Source: a candidate division WOR-3 bacterium (GTDB lineage: Bacteria; Hydrothermota; Tepidihabitantia; Tepidihabitantales; Tepidihabitantaceae). Taken from it: a stretch of DNA of 64,000 nt. The stretch is taken from the NCBI GenBank assembly GCA_037441285.1, contig JBBISL010000003.1, positions 64,001 to 128,000 of the forward strand, written 5' to 3'. Under the pieces are notes generated by a model. That model was not told the origin of the DNA. It saw only the letters and a program-made list of their open reading frames with translations, and ran no database searches. This document shows positions 44,963-54,499 of the stretch, piece by piece (positions within the stretch are counted from its first letter, which is position 1; every line of letters begins with the position of its first letter). The translations under genes and the position numbers were made by a program.

Positions 44963-46300
44963 ATGACAAAGAGCAATAAGCGTGTTTTAATCCTTGGTGC
45001 CGGTCTTGTTTCCAGACCGATGGTCCGTTATCTGTTGCAGTTGCCCGGTGTTGAAACCGTGGTGGCGACCCGGACCGTAAGTAAGGCGCAGGATTTGATT
45101 GCCGGGCATCCGAAGGGCAAGGCGGTGGCGCTATTGGTTGATAACGAACCTGAGTTACACCGATTGATTGCGGAGGCTGATGTCGTGGTAAGCCTTTTAC
45201 CTTATACTTATCATGTAACGGTTGCCCGACACTGTCTGGAGCTGAAAAAACATTTAGTTACGACTTCCTATGTTGGCGATGCGATGCGCCAATACTCAGA
45301 ACCCGCCGCAAAAGCCGGCTTACTTTTCTTGAACGAAATTGGCCTGGACCCGGGAATTGACCATATGTCGGCGATGGCGATTATCGACCGGGTTAAAAAC
45401 GAAGGGGGCAAGGTCGTTAGTTTCATATCTTCCTGCGGTGGTCTGCCGGCACCGGATGCCAATGACAACCCTCTGGGGTACAAGTTTTCGTGGAGTCCGA
45501 AAGGGGTGTTAATGGCGGGGCGTAACGATGCCCGTTTTTTAAAGGACGGCAAAGAGGTTTTTATTCCCAGCAGCAAGCTTTTTTCTTCTTACTGGAAGAC
45601 GATGGTTGAAGGGCTGGGGGTGCTTGAGGCTTATCCCAATCGTAACTCTTTGCCCTACATCGAACTTTACGGGCTTCAAGGAATAAAGACAATGTTGCGG
45701 GCGACATTCCGTAACATTGGCTGGTGTGATACGATGCAGGCACTTGTTAACCTTGGATTACTCAAAGACGACCGGGAGTGGAGCGACCTGAATAAGATGA
45801 CTTACGCTCAATGGTTAAGGGCGTTTGTTCCGGAAGAAGGGGGATTGCGGCAGGATGTGGCAAAGAAACTGGGGTTGAGCCTTGACAGTCCCGTAATGAA
45901 ACGATTGGATTGGCTGGGACTTTTCAGCGATGAACCCATCGGGCTCGAGCGCGGTTCCACGCTTGATATTCTGGCGAAGGCGATGCTGGAGCGAATGTCC
46001 TATAAACCGGGCGAAAAGGATATGATTGTGCTTCAGCACCAGTTTGAGGTAGCATATCCTGATAAGCGGGGCGAGTTTATTGAGTCCACTTTAATAGATT
46101 TTGGTCTGCCCAATGGTGATTCGGCGATGGCGCGGACGGTAAGTTTACCCGCGGCAATTGCGGTGAAGATGACTCTTGAGGGTCAACTGCGGCTTACCGG
46201 TGTCCAGATTCCGGTTGTGCCCGAGATTTATCGCCCGGTGCTTGCTGAACTGGAAAAACTGGGTATCAAGTTTCAGGAGCGGGTAAGAAAGATTGGTTAA
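44963..46300 (+). CDS. Saccharopine dehydrogenase (glutamate-forming, Lys9/AASS-SDH-like)
   Basis: LGAGLVSRP, SLLPY..H, NEIGLDPGIDHM, CGGLPAP..NPLGYKFSWSP, YPNRNS, SAMARTV. Confidence 0.93.
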   Translation: MTKSNKRVLILGAGLVSRPMVRYLLQLPGVETVVATRTVSKAQDLIAGHPKGKAVALLVDNEPELHRLIAEADVVVSLLPYTYHVTVARHCLELKKHLVTTSYVGDAMRQYSEPAAKAGLLFLNEIGLDPGIDHMSAMAIIDRVKNEGGKVVSFISSCGGLPAPDANDNPLGYKFSWSPKGVLMAGRNDARFLKDGKEVFIPSSKLFSSYWKTMVEGLGVLEAYPNRNSLPYIELYGLQGIKTMLRATFRNIGWCDTMQALVNLGLLKDDREWSDLNKMTYAQWLRAFVPEEGGLRQDVAKKLGLSLDSPVMKRLDWLGLFSDEPIGLERGSTLDILAKAMLERMSYKPGEKDMIVLQHQFEVAYPDKRGEFIESTLIDFGLPNGDSAMARTVSLPAAIAVKMTLEGQLRLTGVQIPVVPEIYRPVLAELEKLGIKFQERVRKIG

Positions 46301-46815
46301 GGGTTTCCTTCCAGGTCAAACTCAGCAAACCAGAACCAGAAACCGGTCTTTTGAATGTGGTCGATTTCGGCTTGAATCAATTCAAGATGTGCCTGCTCCA
46401 TCTGCTCCAGGCGCAAGAGTAATTGCCGGAGTTCATCTTCCGTTGCTTTCTCCAGGGCTCGGTGGTAAAAATCACGCGCCGACCTTTCTAACTGAAGCGC
46501 GGTTTGTAAGGCGTTAAGTTCGTTCTGTTTTTCTTTGCCCCGGATGAGCAGTTCTTTTTCCGAAAGGTGCGGAATGAGTTGCTCAAGAAGAGAAGCCGGA
46601 ATTTCAACTAGGGAAAATGTCCCGTTTTCATTCAGGGAACGGTGCTGGGTTTCGAGCAACTGCCAGTGATGGTATTCATCGAGTGCCAGCCGGATGAACA
46701 TATCTTTTCCTCCCGCGTCTTTGGTTTGAAAGGCAAACCCCAGATAGCGCTCCAAACTCTCCTTTTCTGCGGTCTGGGCAAGATTGAGCAGGGCGATGAT
46801 TTCGGAGTTGAGCAT
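46297..46815 (-). CDS. Ferritin-like / rubrerythrin-domain protein
   Basis: Two E..Y / ExxH halves (LALDEYHH, EQMEQAH). Confidence 0.85.
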   Translation of the reverse strand: MLNSEIIALLNLAQTAEKESLERYLGFAFQTKDAGGKDMFIRLALDEYHHWQLLETQHRSLNENGTFSLVEIPASLLEQLIPHLSEKELLIRGKEKQNELNALQTALQLERSARDFYHRALEKATEDELRQLLLRLEQMEQAHLELIQAEIDHIQKTGFWFWFAEFDLEGNP

Positions 46816-47191
46816 AATACAATGATAATGTGCCAAGGCGGTAAATCAACCTTAATCGGTGACCGCTGTTTAGATTTCCCTATGTAACTTCTGAAGGAAC
46901 CGGGTGTTGTGCCGATGAATGATTATGGCGGATAGTTTTGAACTCAACCAACGGGTTGCCTTTAGTGCGGTACCCCAAACTGCCTTGGGGCACGCCCCGG
47001 GCTTACCTTTTAATACTTTTCCCGACGCCGGGTTCAGTTTAATTCGGTGCCGGCTTTTATCTATCTAACCGTTGGGAATGATATATGTTATAAACTGTGT
47101 CTCTGCTGGTTTTCAGGCGGCGCGATAACAGTTCAAAGCGATGATTGCTTTCTTGACAGGGGGTAAGGATGGTGAATAATTCAAAGAGCAG

Positions 47192-47878
47192 ATGATACCA
47201 ATTAGAACCGTTTGCCGTTGGCTATTACCGGTGTTGACCATTTTTTTTGTCGTCGTCTCAATAGGCGGCAGTTGTTTTACTTTTTCCCCTGAGCTGACAA
47301 TTAAAGCGCTGGCAGGAAAAACGAATTTAAGCGCCCAGGAGAGTACCTGGTATCGGTGCGAGGTCGAGGGAAAAGGCGGTTCTGGTTTGACATTTGAATG
47401 GTGGTGCACAGGTGGGCGGCTGCTTGATATCAGCGGGGACAGTGTAAAGTGGCGGGCTCCGGACTCATCCGGGATGGCGATAATCGGGGTTGAGGTTTTA
47501 GACCAAAAGGGCAGAAAGGCGCGCGACTCGCTCGTTGTTTCTGTTAAGCCCAGGGTAGTAACTTTTGCTTACTGGGAAGGCGCGGTAAAGGGTCGCAGTT
47601 ATGTTTTTTGCGCCGATACGGCACGAGCCGGCTACCGTTTGAGCGGGCAGTCCTGGTCTGACACCCGGAATGTGTATCTGCTTTTTTTAGACGAGGACAA
47701 TTTTGGGCGCTGGCAGCGCCAGGAAGAACCGGAATTTTTAATCCAGCGGTTTGCCGATGACAGCCGTCTGTTTTATGACACCATTCCTACTACCGGGGTT
47801 TACTATCTAATTCTGGATAACGGCCGTAATCTGGTTGACGCCAACTTTCGCGTTGAAATCCGCCTAACATCGCCCTGA
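47192..47878 (+). CDS. Putative lipoprotein with PKD/Ig-like domain
   Basis: Signal peptide ending GGSC; LTFEW..GG..VKWRAP..G; GVYYLILDN. Confidence 0.7.
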   Translation: MIPIRTVCRWLLPVLTIFFVVVSIGGSCFTFSPELTIKALAGKTNLSAQESTWYRCEVEGKGGSGLTFEWWCTGGRLLDISGDSVKWRAPDSSGMAIIGVEVLDQKGRKARDSLVVSVKPRVVTFAYWEGAVKGRSYVFCADTARAGYRLSGQSWSDTRNVYLLFLDEDNFGRWQRQEEPEFLIQRFADDSRLFYDTIPTTGVYYLILDNGRNLVDANFRVEIRLTSP

Positions 47879-48468
47879 AATTTTACTCTAAGTTCAATCT
47901 GTTTCAGCAGTTTCAATAGAAGTGGTACCGGTAGTCCAATCACATTGAGGTAACAGCCGTGCACCTTTTCAATGAAGATTGATGCCCTGCCCTGGATTGC
48001 ATAGGCGCCGGCTTTGTCATAGGGCTCTGGGGTTCGGATATAACTGTTTATTTCTTCTGGCGTTAGCGAGCGGAATGTTACCCGAGTTGATTCGGCGCCG
48101 GTTATTATTCTTTTCTCGGGTGATTTTATAATAGCAATTCCTGTAATAACATAGTGCGATTTACCAGAAAGCATTTTAAGTATTTTTCTTGCTTCGCTGA
48201 CCGTTGCCGGTTTACCGAGGATGCGTTTTCCCTGAACAACAATTGTGTCCATACCAATGACCAGTCCGGACTTTAATTTATGGGAGCGCAGAGTGGATAG
48301 GGCTTTGAATAGAGCGCAGGTGATGGCAAACTTTTTGGGCGCTTTGCTGGTTTTGATATCGGGTTCAACAAAATCAGGGCGGAGTAAACGGAACTTAATG
48401 CCGAGGTGGCGTAGAAGCAGACGCCGGCGCGGAGAGGTGGAGGCAAGGTAAATTGCTAATTTGCTCAT
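47803..48468 (-). CDS. maf: Maf family nucleoside triphosphate pyrophosphatase (YhdE type)
   Basis: LASTSPRR, DTIV, LGKP, LSGKSH, DKAGAYAIQG, NVIGLP. Confidence 0.94.
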   Translation of the reverse strand: MSKLAIYLASTSPRRRLLLRHLGIKFRLLRPDFVEPDIKTSKAPKKFAITCALFKALSTLRSHKLKSGLVIGMDTIVVQGKRILGKPATVSEARKILKMLSGKSHYVITGIAIIKSPEKRIITGAESTRVTFRSLTPEEINSYIRTPEPYDKAGAYAIQGRASIFIEKVHGCYLNVIGLPVPLLLKLLKQIELRVKFQGDVRRISTRKLASTRLRPLSRIR

Positions 48469-50690
48469 GGCAGGAAGGCGCGGAAGGTGCTTTTGCCGAA
48501 TCGGACATCCGGAAGTTTTTTAATCCTGACTTCGAAGTCGTAGCGCCACTGTTTTCCCAGTCCGGAAAGCGTTACGAGTGCCTCCCAGCAGTGGAGGTCG
48601 CGCCAAAGGGTAATTGAGTAGTCGGTAACCTGGCGCTGGATGATGTTGTAACCGAGGGAGTTGAGCCCGAGGCGCCATCCTGCATAGGAGAATGCCACAG
48701 AGCCGGTAATCATATGGACATTTTTTCCAATCGTATGATTGAGGCGTAATTCCCAGCCATCTTCCCGCTGGTGAAAGGTGTCGCTAATTGTGTGCGTCCA
48801 GAGAAAAGTGGTGAAGGCGGAAAAGTCCTGGCCGAAACGCATTGAGTCGGGGTTAAATGAGATGTTACCGTCCAGATACAGGTCCAGGTTGTTGCGCACC
48901 GGACCTGAGTCAACAATCGGGAAAAGGGCAAGGGGACGGAGGCTCAAGTTACCATTAAATGGCGTGAAACGATGGTTGATGAGGTCAAATGAGGTGGTGA
49001 TGTTTGCCACGCCGAAGTCAACCTTCTGTTTTGTTGCGCCGATTTTTGCCTGGAAGCCATTGTTGATAGTTAGGATGAAGAGGGCATTTTCCGGATGGGT
49101 TAATTCTATTTTACCAAGCAGTCCCTGGGGTGTGACGCGGGGTTGGTAGTTAAACTGCATTACCGGTGTCACGGTGTGAAGGATGCCGTGAATTGTGGAG
49201 ACTGATAAGCCGAATACCCGGTAGAGTGAGAAACTGCTGGTCAGGTAGAAAGAGTAATGGGGCTCAAGAGGCATTGTATCCAGCAAATCGTCATTCTGGT
49301 TGAAGGTGATACCTTCTGCCGTATTGAATATCCCAAGGATTTTTTGAGATGTTGCAAGGGAGATTTCGTGATTGAGGGGACGGGAGGAAAACGGCCTTGT
49401 GGTAAGCGAGCGGCGCGAAAAATCGGCAATTGAGAGCTGGTCGCTGATGTCAACCCTGCCAAACGGGTATTCAGGGCTGGTGAGATTGAAGGATACTCCC
49501 GGGGTAAGGCGCTGGCGCAAGAGGGTGTCAATACCGCTGGAATCGTACTGTTCGACCCGGCGGGAAAAACTCAGGGCAGGAGAGAAGTCCCAGTTACCGG
49601 GCAGGGTGCGGGTGTTGAAGGCGAATGACCCAGCCGGGAGGTAGGAGTACTGATAGTGCCGCATATAGTAGGTGCGGCGTTCGCCCCGGATGTTGAGCCG
49701 GCCCAGGGCGGGAAAACGGTGGCGCAGGGCAGCGTACGAGTACACCTCCTGTTTAAGCCAGTCCAATCGGTCCTCGGCGTAATCCGGGGCATAAGCGGTG
49801 TCCGAGATGAGTTCGGTCTGGATGGTGAAATCGGTCACAGGGGTTATATTACCGGTGCTGGCAAGGTTGAAGCTGTAGCGAGGACGACCAGGGTTCAGGG
49901 TGTCCCAGATTTCCCGGATGTAGGAACCCTGGATTGAGCCACGAACATAAGGGTCGACGATGTACACTCCTTCGGTGCGGAGTTGAATCCCCTTTTTCGT
50001 CATCAAATCGAGGAGGAAAGTGGCATCGGCATAATCGTTGATAACCCAGTAGTAGGAGATGCCTTTGGCATAGTAACCCTGGTCCCGGGCATTGCCGACT
50101 TTAAAGGGCATCAGTCCTGATTTCCTTTTAGATGCGACCGGGACAATCCAGAACGGGGCAGCAAGAATCGGGATGCGACCGATACGGAGCAGAACCGGTT
50201 GGGTAATGGCGATATCGTCCATCAACAACCGGACTCGAGGTCCGAAGAATGTGTAGTGAGGGTGTTCCCGGTCACAGGTGGTGTAATCGGCACTACGGGC
50301 ATTGAGGACTTTTTCTTTTACCAGCCAGACTTCTCGGGCGGTAAGATATCCATTTTCCACCTGAGTGCGAGCGTGGCGCATCATTCCTTTACGGGTGTCA
50401 ACATTGTAGAAAAGTTCGCGACCGATAACCTCTTCGCTTGCGGTTCGGAACTTTACATTGCGATGGGCACTGACAATTTTGGTGTCGATGTGATAGTTGA
50501 TGGAGTCGGCATAAACCGACATATCCCGGTAGCGAATCCAGGCGGAGTCAAGTAAAACGACCTGGTTTTTGGTGGCAAGGAAAAGGGCGCGGTTACCACC
50601 GTAGTAGATGATATCCGCCGGTGTCGAGTCTGAAGGCGAGGCAAGCGAGTCGGGTGGTAGTTGGGTCAGAAGCAGTAAGAGCCACAGCAT
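48465..50690 (-). CDS. lptD: LPS assembly protein LptD-like
   Basis: OstA-like N-terminus, YTTCD..PHY, RKSGL.P, GYY, C-terminal RDLHCWE. Confidence 0.85.
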   Translation of the reverse strand: MLWLLLLLTQLPPDSLASPSDSTPADIIYYGGNRALFLATKNQVVLLDSAWIRYRDMSVYADSINYHIDTKIVSAHRNVKFRTASEEVIGRELFYNVDTRKGMMRHARTQVENGYLTAREVWLVKEKVLNARSADYTTCDREHPHYTFFGPRVRLLMDDIAITQPVLLRIGRIPILAAPFWIVPVASKRKSGLMPFKVGNARDQGYYAKGISYYWVINDYADATFLLDLMTKKGIQLRTEGVYIVDPYVRGSIQGSYIREIWDTLNPGRPRYSFNLASTGNITPVTDFTIQTELISDTAYAPDYAEDRLDWLKQEVYSYAALRHRFPALGRLNIRGERRTYYMRHYQYSYLPAGSFAFNTRTLPGNWDFSPALSFSRRVEQYDSSGIDTLLRQRLTPGVSFNLTSPEYPFGRVDISDQLSIADFSRRSLTTRPFSSRPLNHEISLATSQKILGIFNTAEGITFNQNDDLLDTMPLEPHYSFYLTSSFSLYRVFGLSVSTIHGILHTVTPVMQFNYQPRVTPQGLLGKIELTHPENALFILTINNGFQAKIGATKQKVDFGVANITTSFDLINHRFTPFNGNLSLRPLALFPIVDSGPVRNNLDLYLDGNISFNPDSMRFGQDFSAFTTFLWTHTISDTFHQREDGWELRLNHTIGKNVHMITGSVAFSYAGWRLGLNSLGYNIIQRQVTDYSITLWRDLHCWEALVTLSGLGKQWRYDFEVRIKKLPDVRFGKSTFRAFLP

Positions 50691-50722
50691 AAATGGTATG
50701 TTAGGGAGGAATCAGGGTAAAG

Positions 50723-51421
50723 TCAAACGGACTCAAGCGGACAGCCCGAACAAGTTGGCCGGGGCCGACAATGGGTTTTCCCGAGATGCACGAGCAGGGC
50801 ATGGTATTCATTAAAGATAGCAACAGCGCGTGCCCTACTCTTGCCGGTTAACGGAACAAGTTGTTGTTCCAGCCAAATTCTCAACTGCTCATACGGTTCA
50901 TCTCCTGAGATGAGTCCGTAGCGGCTGAAAATTCTTCGGGTGTAGGCGTCGACGACAAACACCGGGCGGTTAAACGCATACAGGAGAATTGAGTCGGCGG
51001 TTTCGGGACCGATGCCGTAGATGTCAAGGAGTTGAGTCCGGAGTTCCGGCGTTGAAAACCTTTTTACGCTTTCGAGCCCACCGTTCGTTTCGAGCCATTC
51101 GGTCAACGCCCGAAGTCTTTTTGCTTTGATGTTGTAATAACCGGCGGGTCGGATGAGAAACGCCAGTTTTCGCCGGGGTAGTCGGTTCAGTTGATTGAGT
51201 TCTAAACACCCGGCAGATTTCAGATTGCTGATCGCCTTTTCGACATTTTTCCAGGCGGTGTTCTGGGTGAGGACGGCGCCAACAATGACCTCAAACGGAG
51301 TTTCCGCGGGCCACCAGTGCCGGGGTCCAAACTTCCGGTAAAGAGCCTGATAAATCTTTATGATTGCCGGCGTCTCAGGGGCGGTTGTGAAGGGGACAGA
51401 GGGTTGTGGGTTCGGTACCAC
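50723..51421 (-). CDS. Endonuclease III-related HhH-GPD DNA glycosylase
   Basis: WWPAETPFEVIVGAVLTQNTAW, GIGPETADSILLY, VVDAY, C-terminal Cx6Cx2CP; GTG start inferred from GAGGTG. Confidence 0.88.
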   Translation of the reverse strand: MVPNPQPSVPFTTAPETPAIIKIYQALYRKFGPRHWWPAETPFEVIVGAVLTQNTAWKNVEKAISNLKSAGCLELNQLNRLPRRKLAFLIRPAGYYNIKAKRLRALTEWLETNGGLESVKRFSTPELRTQLLDIYGIGPETADSILLYAFNRPVFVVDAYTRRIFSRYGLISGDEPYEQLRIWLEQQLVPLTGKSRARAVAIFNEYHALLVHLGKTHCRPRPTCSGCPLESV

Positions 51422-53402
51422 TGATGAACACCTCGTAGCGGGCGCGGGGACAAAATGGAGTGGCGAGTTTGCCGGACTGCTCACAGATGGCGATGGTTTT
51501 GATGTCCGGTGGCACCGGGAATGTGCTCATCGTGTCCGGGGCGATTTGCTTCATAAGTTCGCCCCAAACCGGTGCGGCGATAACACCACCCGTTGCCCCG
51601 CGGAAGATTGTTCTTTTTCTGTCATAGCCAATCCAGATGCCGCAAGTGAGTGTGGGTGTGAAACCGATAAACCAGGCGTCGGTGTAATCGTCGGTGGTGC
51701 CGGTTTTGCCCGCTGCTGGTCCGGTAAAGCCAAGTTGACGAATTGCAGTTCCGGTACCTTCATTGACCACACTTTGCATCATACTGGTCATTATGTAGGC
51801 GGTCTGGGGCCTGATCGCCAGCATTGGTTCCGGGTGGTTTTCCTCAAGTTCCTGGCCGTTTTCGTCTTCAACACGGTTAATCATTATCGGTTTGACCCGG
51901 ACCCCTTGATTGGCGATGGTGTTGAAGCCGTTGGTCATTTCCATAAGGGTGAGTTCGATTGAGCCGAGAGCAAGGGAGTAATAAGGCGGGAGTTTGTGGG
52001 TGATTCCCATTGTGGTGGCATATCGAGCGACAAGTTCTGGACCGATTCGGGCGGCAAGGCGGACCGCAACCAGATTGCGGGATAACGCCAAGGCCCGGCG
52101 CAAAGTCATTGGACCCAAAAATTTCTGGTCGTAATTGTGGGGTTGGTAATCGGGTTGGCCCGGTATCTTCAATGTGATGGGGTTGTCTTCTTCAATGTCG
52201 GCAGCGGTTAATCCGTTGTCAATCGCCGCGGTGAAGACAAACGGCTTAAATGTACTTCCCACCTGACGCAAAGCCTGGGTTGCCCGGTTGAATTCGCTGG
52301 CACGAAAGTCCCTGCCGCCAATCATCGCCCGGACCTCACCGGTTTTAACATCAAGTACCACCAGTGCGCCCTGAAGATAAGCGGGCTCACCAATTGTGGT
52401 GTCGGACTTGGCGATTGAGTCGTAGAATCGTTTTGTCGGTTTCAGGTGGTAGTCCGATTCCAGGCGGTCCAGCCAGCCGAGCAGGCTTCGGTTCGCAGCG
52501 GCTTGGATCTCGAGGTCAAGGGTGGTGTAAATTGTTGCGCCTGATTTGTAAACGAAGTCGTAACCGTAGCGATTGATTAAATAGCGCCGGATTTCTTCGA
52601 CAAAATAAGGTGCTTCATTGGTAACACCACCCGGAGGTTGAACATTTAATGGTCTCTGCAGTGCCTTTTCCCACTCCTCTTTTGTCAAACGGCCCAGTCG
52701 ATACAGTTTGGTGAGGAAGAAGTTACGGCGTCGGATTAGTCGCTCCGGATGGGTGTAGGGAGAGTAGGCGCTGGGATTGGCAATCATCGCGCCAATCGTC
52801 GCACACTCGACCGGGTCGAGGCGCGAGACATGTTTACCAAAATACTTCTCACTGGCAGCGGCAACCCCGTATATTGAACCACCAAACCATACCTGATTGA
52901 GATACATCTCAAGGATTTCCTGTTTTGAATAGTGCCGTTCCAGTTCCAGGGCAAGGACCATCTCCTTTAATTTTCGGCTGAGAGTCCTTTTCGGGGTGAG
53001 GAACATTGAACGGGCAAGTTGTTGTGTAATGGTAGAGGCGCCTTGCAGGTCTCCGGGGTGAAGGATGTTGGCAACGATTGAACCGGCAACCCGGATGAGG
53101 TCAATACCCCAGTGATGGTAGAAGCGCTTATCCTCAACTGCAACAACCGCATCAACGAGACAGGCAGGAATAGTTTCGAGCGGTACCGGACGCCTCTTTT
53201 CTTGAAACAGTTCAGCAATGACACGACCTTTACAGTCGAGAATTCGGGTGCTGGCGGGTGCTTTAAAGTTAAGAATGGTTTCCGGGGTTGGGAGGTCGGC
53301 GCGGAGTTTAAGAAAGACAGCGATGCCAATCAGGGTGATAAGAACCAGACCGATAAGAACAGTCAGGAGGAGAGCCCGTAATGGACGAGACAAGGTACTC
53401 AA
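51375..53402 (-). CDS. Class A penicillin-binding protein (PBP1A family)
   Basis: EDKRFY.H.G, GASTITQQL, RKLKE; STFK, SRN, KTGT. Confidence 0.95.
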   Translation of the reverse strand: MSTLSRPLRALLLTVLIGLVLITLIGIAVFLKLRADLPTPETILNFKAPASTRILDCKGRVIAELFQEKRRPVPLETIPACLVDAVVAVEDKRFYHHWGIDLIRVAGSIVANILHPGDLQGASTITQQLARSMFLTPKRTLSRKLKEMVLALELERHYSKQEILEMYLNQVWFGGSIYGVAAASEKYFGKHVSRLDPVECATIGAMIANPSAYSPYTHPERLIRRRNFFLTKLYRLGRLTKEEWEKALQRPLNVQPPGGVTNEAPYFVEEIRRYLINRYGYDFVYKSGATIYTTLDLEIQAAANRSLLGWLDRLESDYHLKPTKRFYDSIAKSDTTIGEPAYLQGALVVLDVKTGEVRAMIGGRDFRASEFNRATQALRQVGSTFKPFVFTAAIDNGLTAADIEEDNPITLKIPGQPDYQPHNYDQKFLGPMTLRRALALSRNLVAVRLAARIGPELVARYATTMGITHKLPPYYSLALGSIELTLMEMTNGFNTIANQGVRVKPIMINRVEDENGQELEENHPEPMLAIRPQTAYIMTSMMQSVVNEGTGTAIRQLGFTGPAAGKTGTTDDYTDAWFIGFTPTLTCGIWIGYDRKRTIFRGATGGVIAAPVWGELMKQIAPDTMSTFPVPPDIKTIAICEQSGKLATPFCPRARYEVFISGTEPTTLCPLHNRP

Positions 53403-53416
53403 GCAGTGGTCACAAT

Positions 53417-54499
53417 TCAGGTTGTGTAGCGGTTTATAACTTCATTGCTTACCGCCAGCCGGAGCATATCAAGGGCTTCGCCTTCCTGTGATGCTTTGAC
53501 GAGCCAGTGCTGGGCAGGAGGTATCGTGCCACCGTGAATGCGCACCGAGGTGTTAACCGTATCCTCGATGATATTGTGGGCATAGAGTTTTAAAAGCATT
53601 GAGTCGAAGTTAATGCTGCTGGAATTGGTGGCGAGCCAGGCGGTGCGATAAACCAGCCAGCGCAGGGCTTCGATGTTTGCCGCGATTGCGCTAATGCTGC
53701 GCTGAAACTCTTTGCGGGTAGAGATTGGTTCGTTCATCGATTTCCAATCCCGGACATACTGTGCTGATGTTTCAAGTATGCGGCTGCAGACCCCGAGGAT
53801 TGCGGCACTCCGGGAGATGCGCGACAACGGAAACCATTTATAGCCGAGATAGAGCGCTGCGCCGGGTTTGCCAAGGAGTTTGTCGGAACCGATACGACAT
53901 TCTGACAGGAGCAACCGGGCAGGAGTAACGCCGAAGTCGACTTCGGTGCCGGGTGCGTTGTTATCAACGAGGAAACAGGCAACACCCTCGGGCGCTCGGG
54001 CAAAGACGAGGCAGAAGTCAAAGTCGGGACGGGAGAGTAGTTTAACACCGCTGAGAATGTAATTGTCACCATCAGGCCGGGCGGTGGCGGACATATCATC
54101 GGGATTGGAAAAATGTTCCGGCTCCCGGAAGGCAAGGGCATAACTCTTTTCACCCGCAACGACCGGCAAAAGATAATCCGCTTTTAGACTGTCCGGACAT
54201 TCGTAAAGAATCGGGGTAAAATCACCCCAGTCAACCGGTATGATAGTTTTTGACAGCTCTTCCGCGATCAGGCAGGTTTCAATTAAGCCCAGACCACCAC
54301 CACCAAACTGCTCGGGCACGCCCGCACTGTACAGTCCCATTTCTTTTATTTTTTGGGTGGCTTCCCGGGTAATGGCTTCTCGTTCTTCTCGGGTGCGGAC
54401 ATTGAGAAATTTTGGTTCCACAGGCAGGAGGTCACGCCGGACAAACTCATGAACCGTCTGCCGAATCATTTCTGCATCTTCGGAAAAGGAGAAGTCCAA
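53417..54499 (-). CDS. Acyl-CoA dehydrogenase family protein, divergent
   Basis: MDFSF..VHEFV, VPEQFGGGGL, EELS, YLLP..GE, REP, RIHGG. Confidence 0.8.
   Translation of the reverse strand: MDFSFSEDAEMIRQTVHEFVRRDLLPVEPKFLNVRTREEREAITREATQKIKEMGLYSAGVPEQFGGGGLGLIETCLIAEELSKTIIPVDWGDFTPILYECPDSLKADYLLPVVAGEKSYALAFREPEHFSNPDDMSATARPDGDNYILSGVKLLSRPDFDFCLVFARAPEGVACFLVDNNAPGTEVDFGVTPARLLLSECRIGSDKLLGKPGAALYLGYKWFPLSRISRSAAILGVCSRILETSAQYVRDWKSMNEPISTRKEFQRSISAIAANIEALRWLVYRTAWLATNSSSINFDSMLLKLYAHNIIEDTVNTSVRIHGGTIPPAQHWLVKASQEGEALDMLRLAVSNEVINRYTT

Noticed and set aside
47066..47096. Possible dif site (..TATATGTTATAAACT)
   Set aside because: Poor match to XerC/XerD arms and no evident change in strand composition across the window
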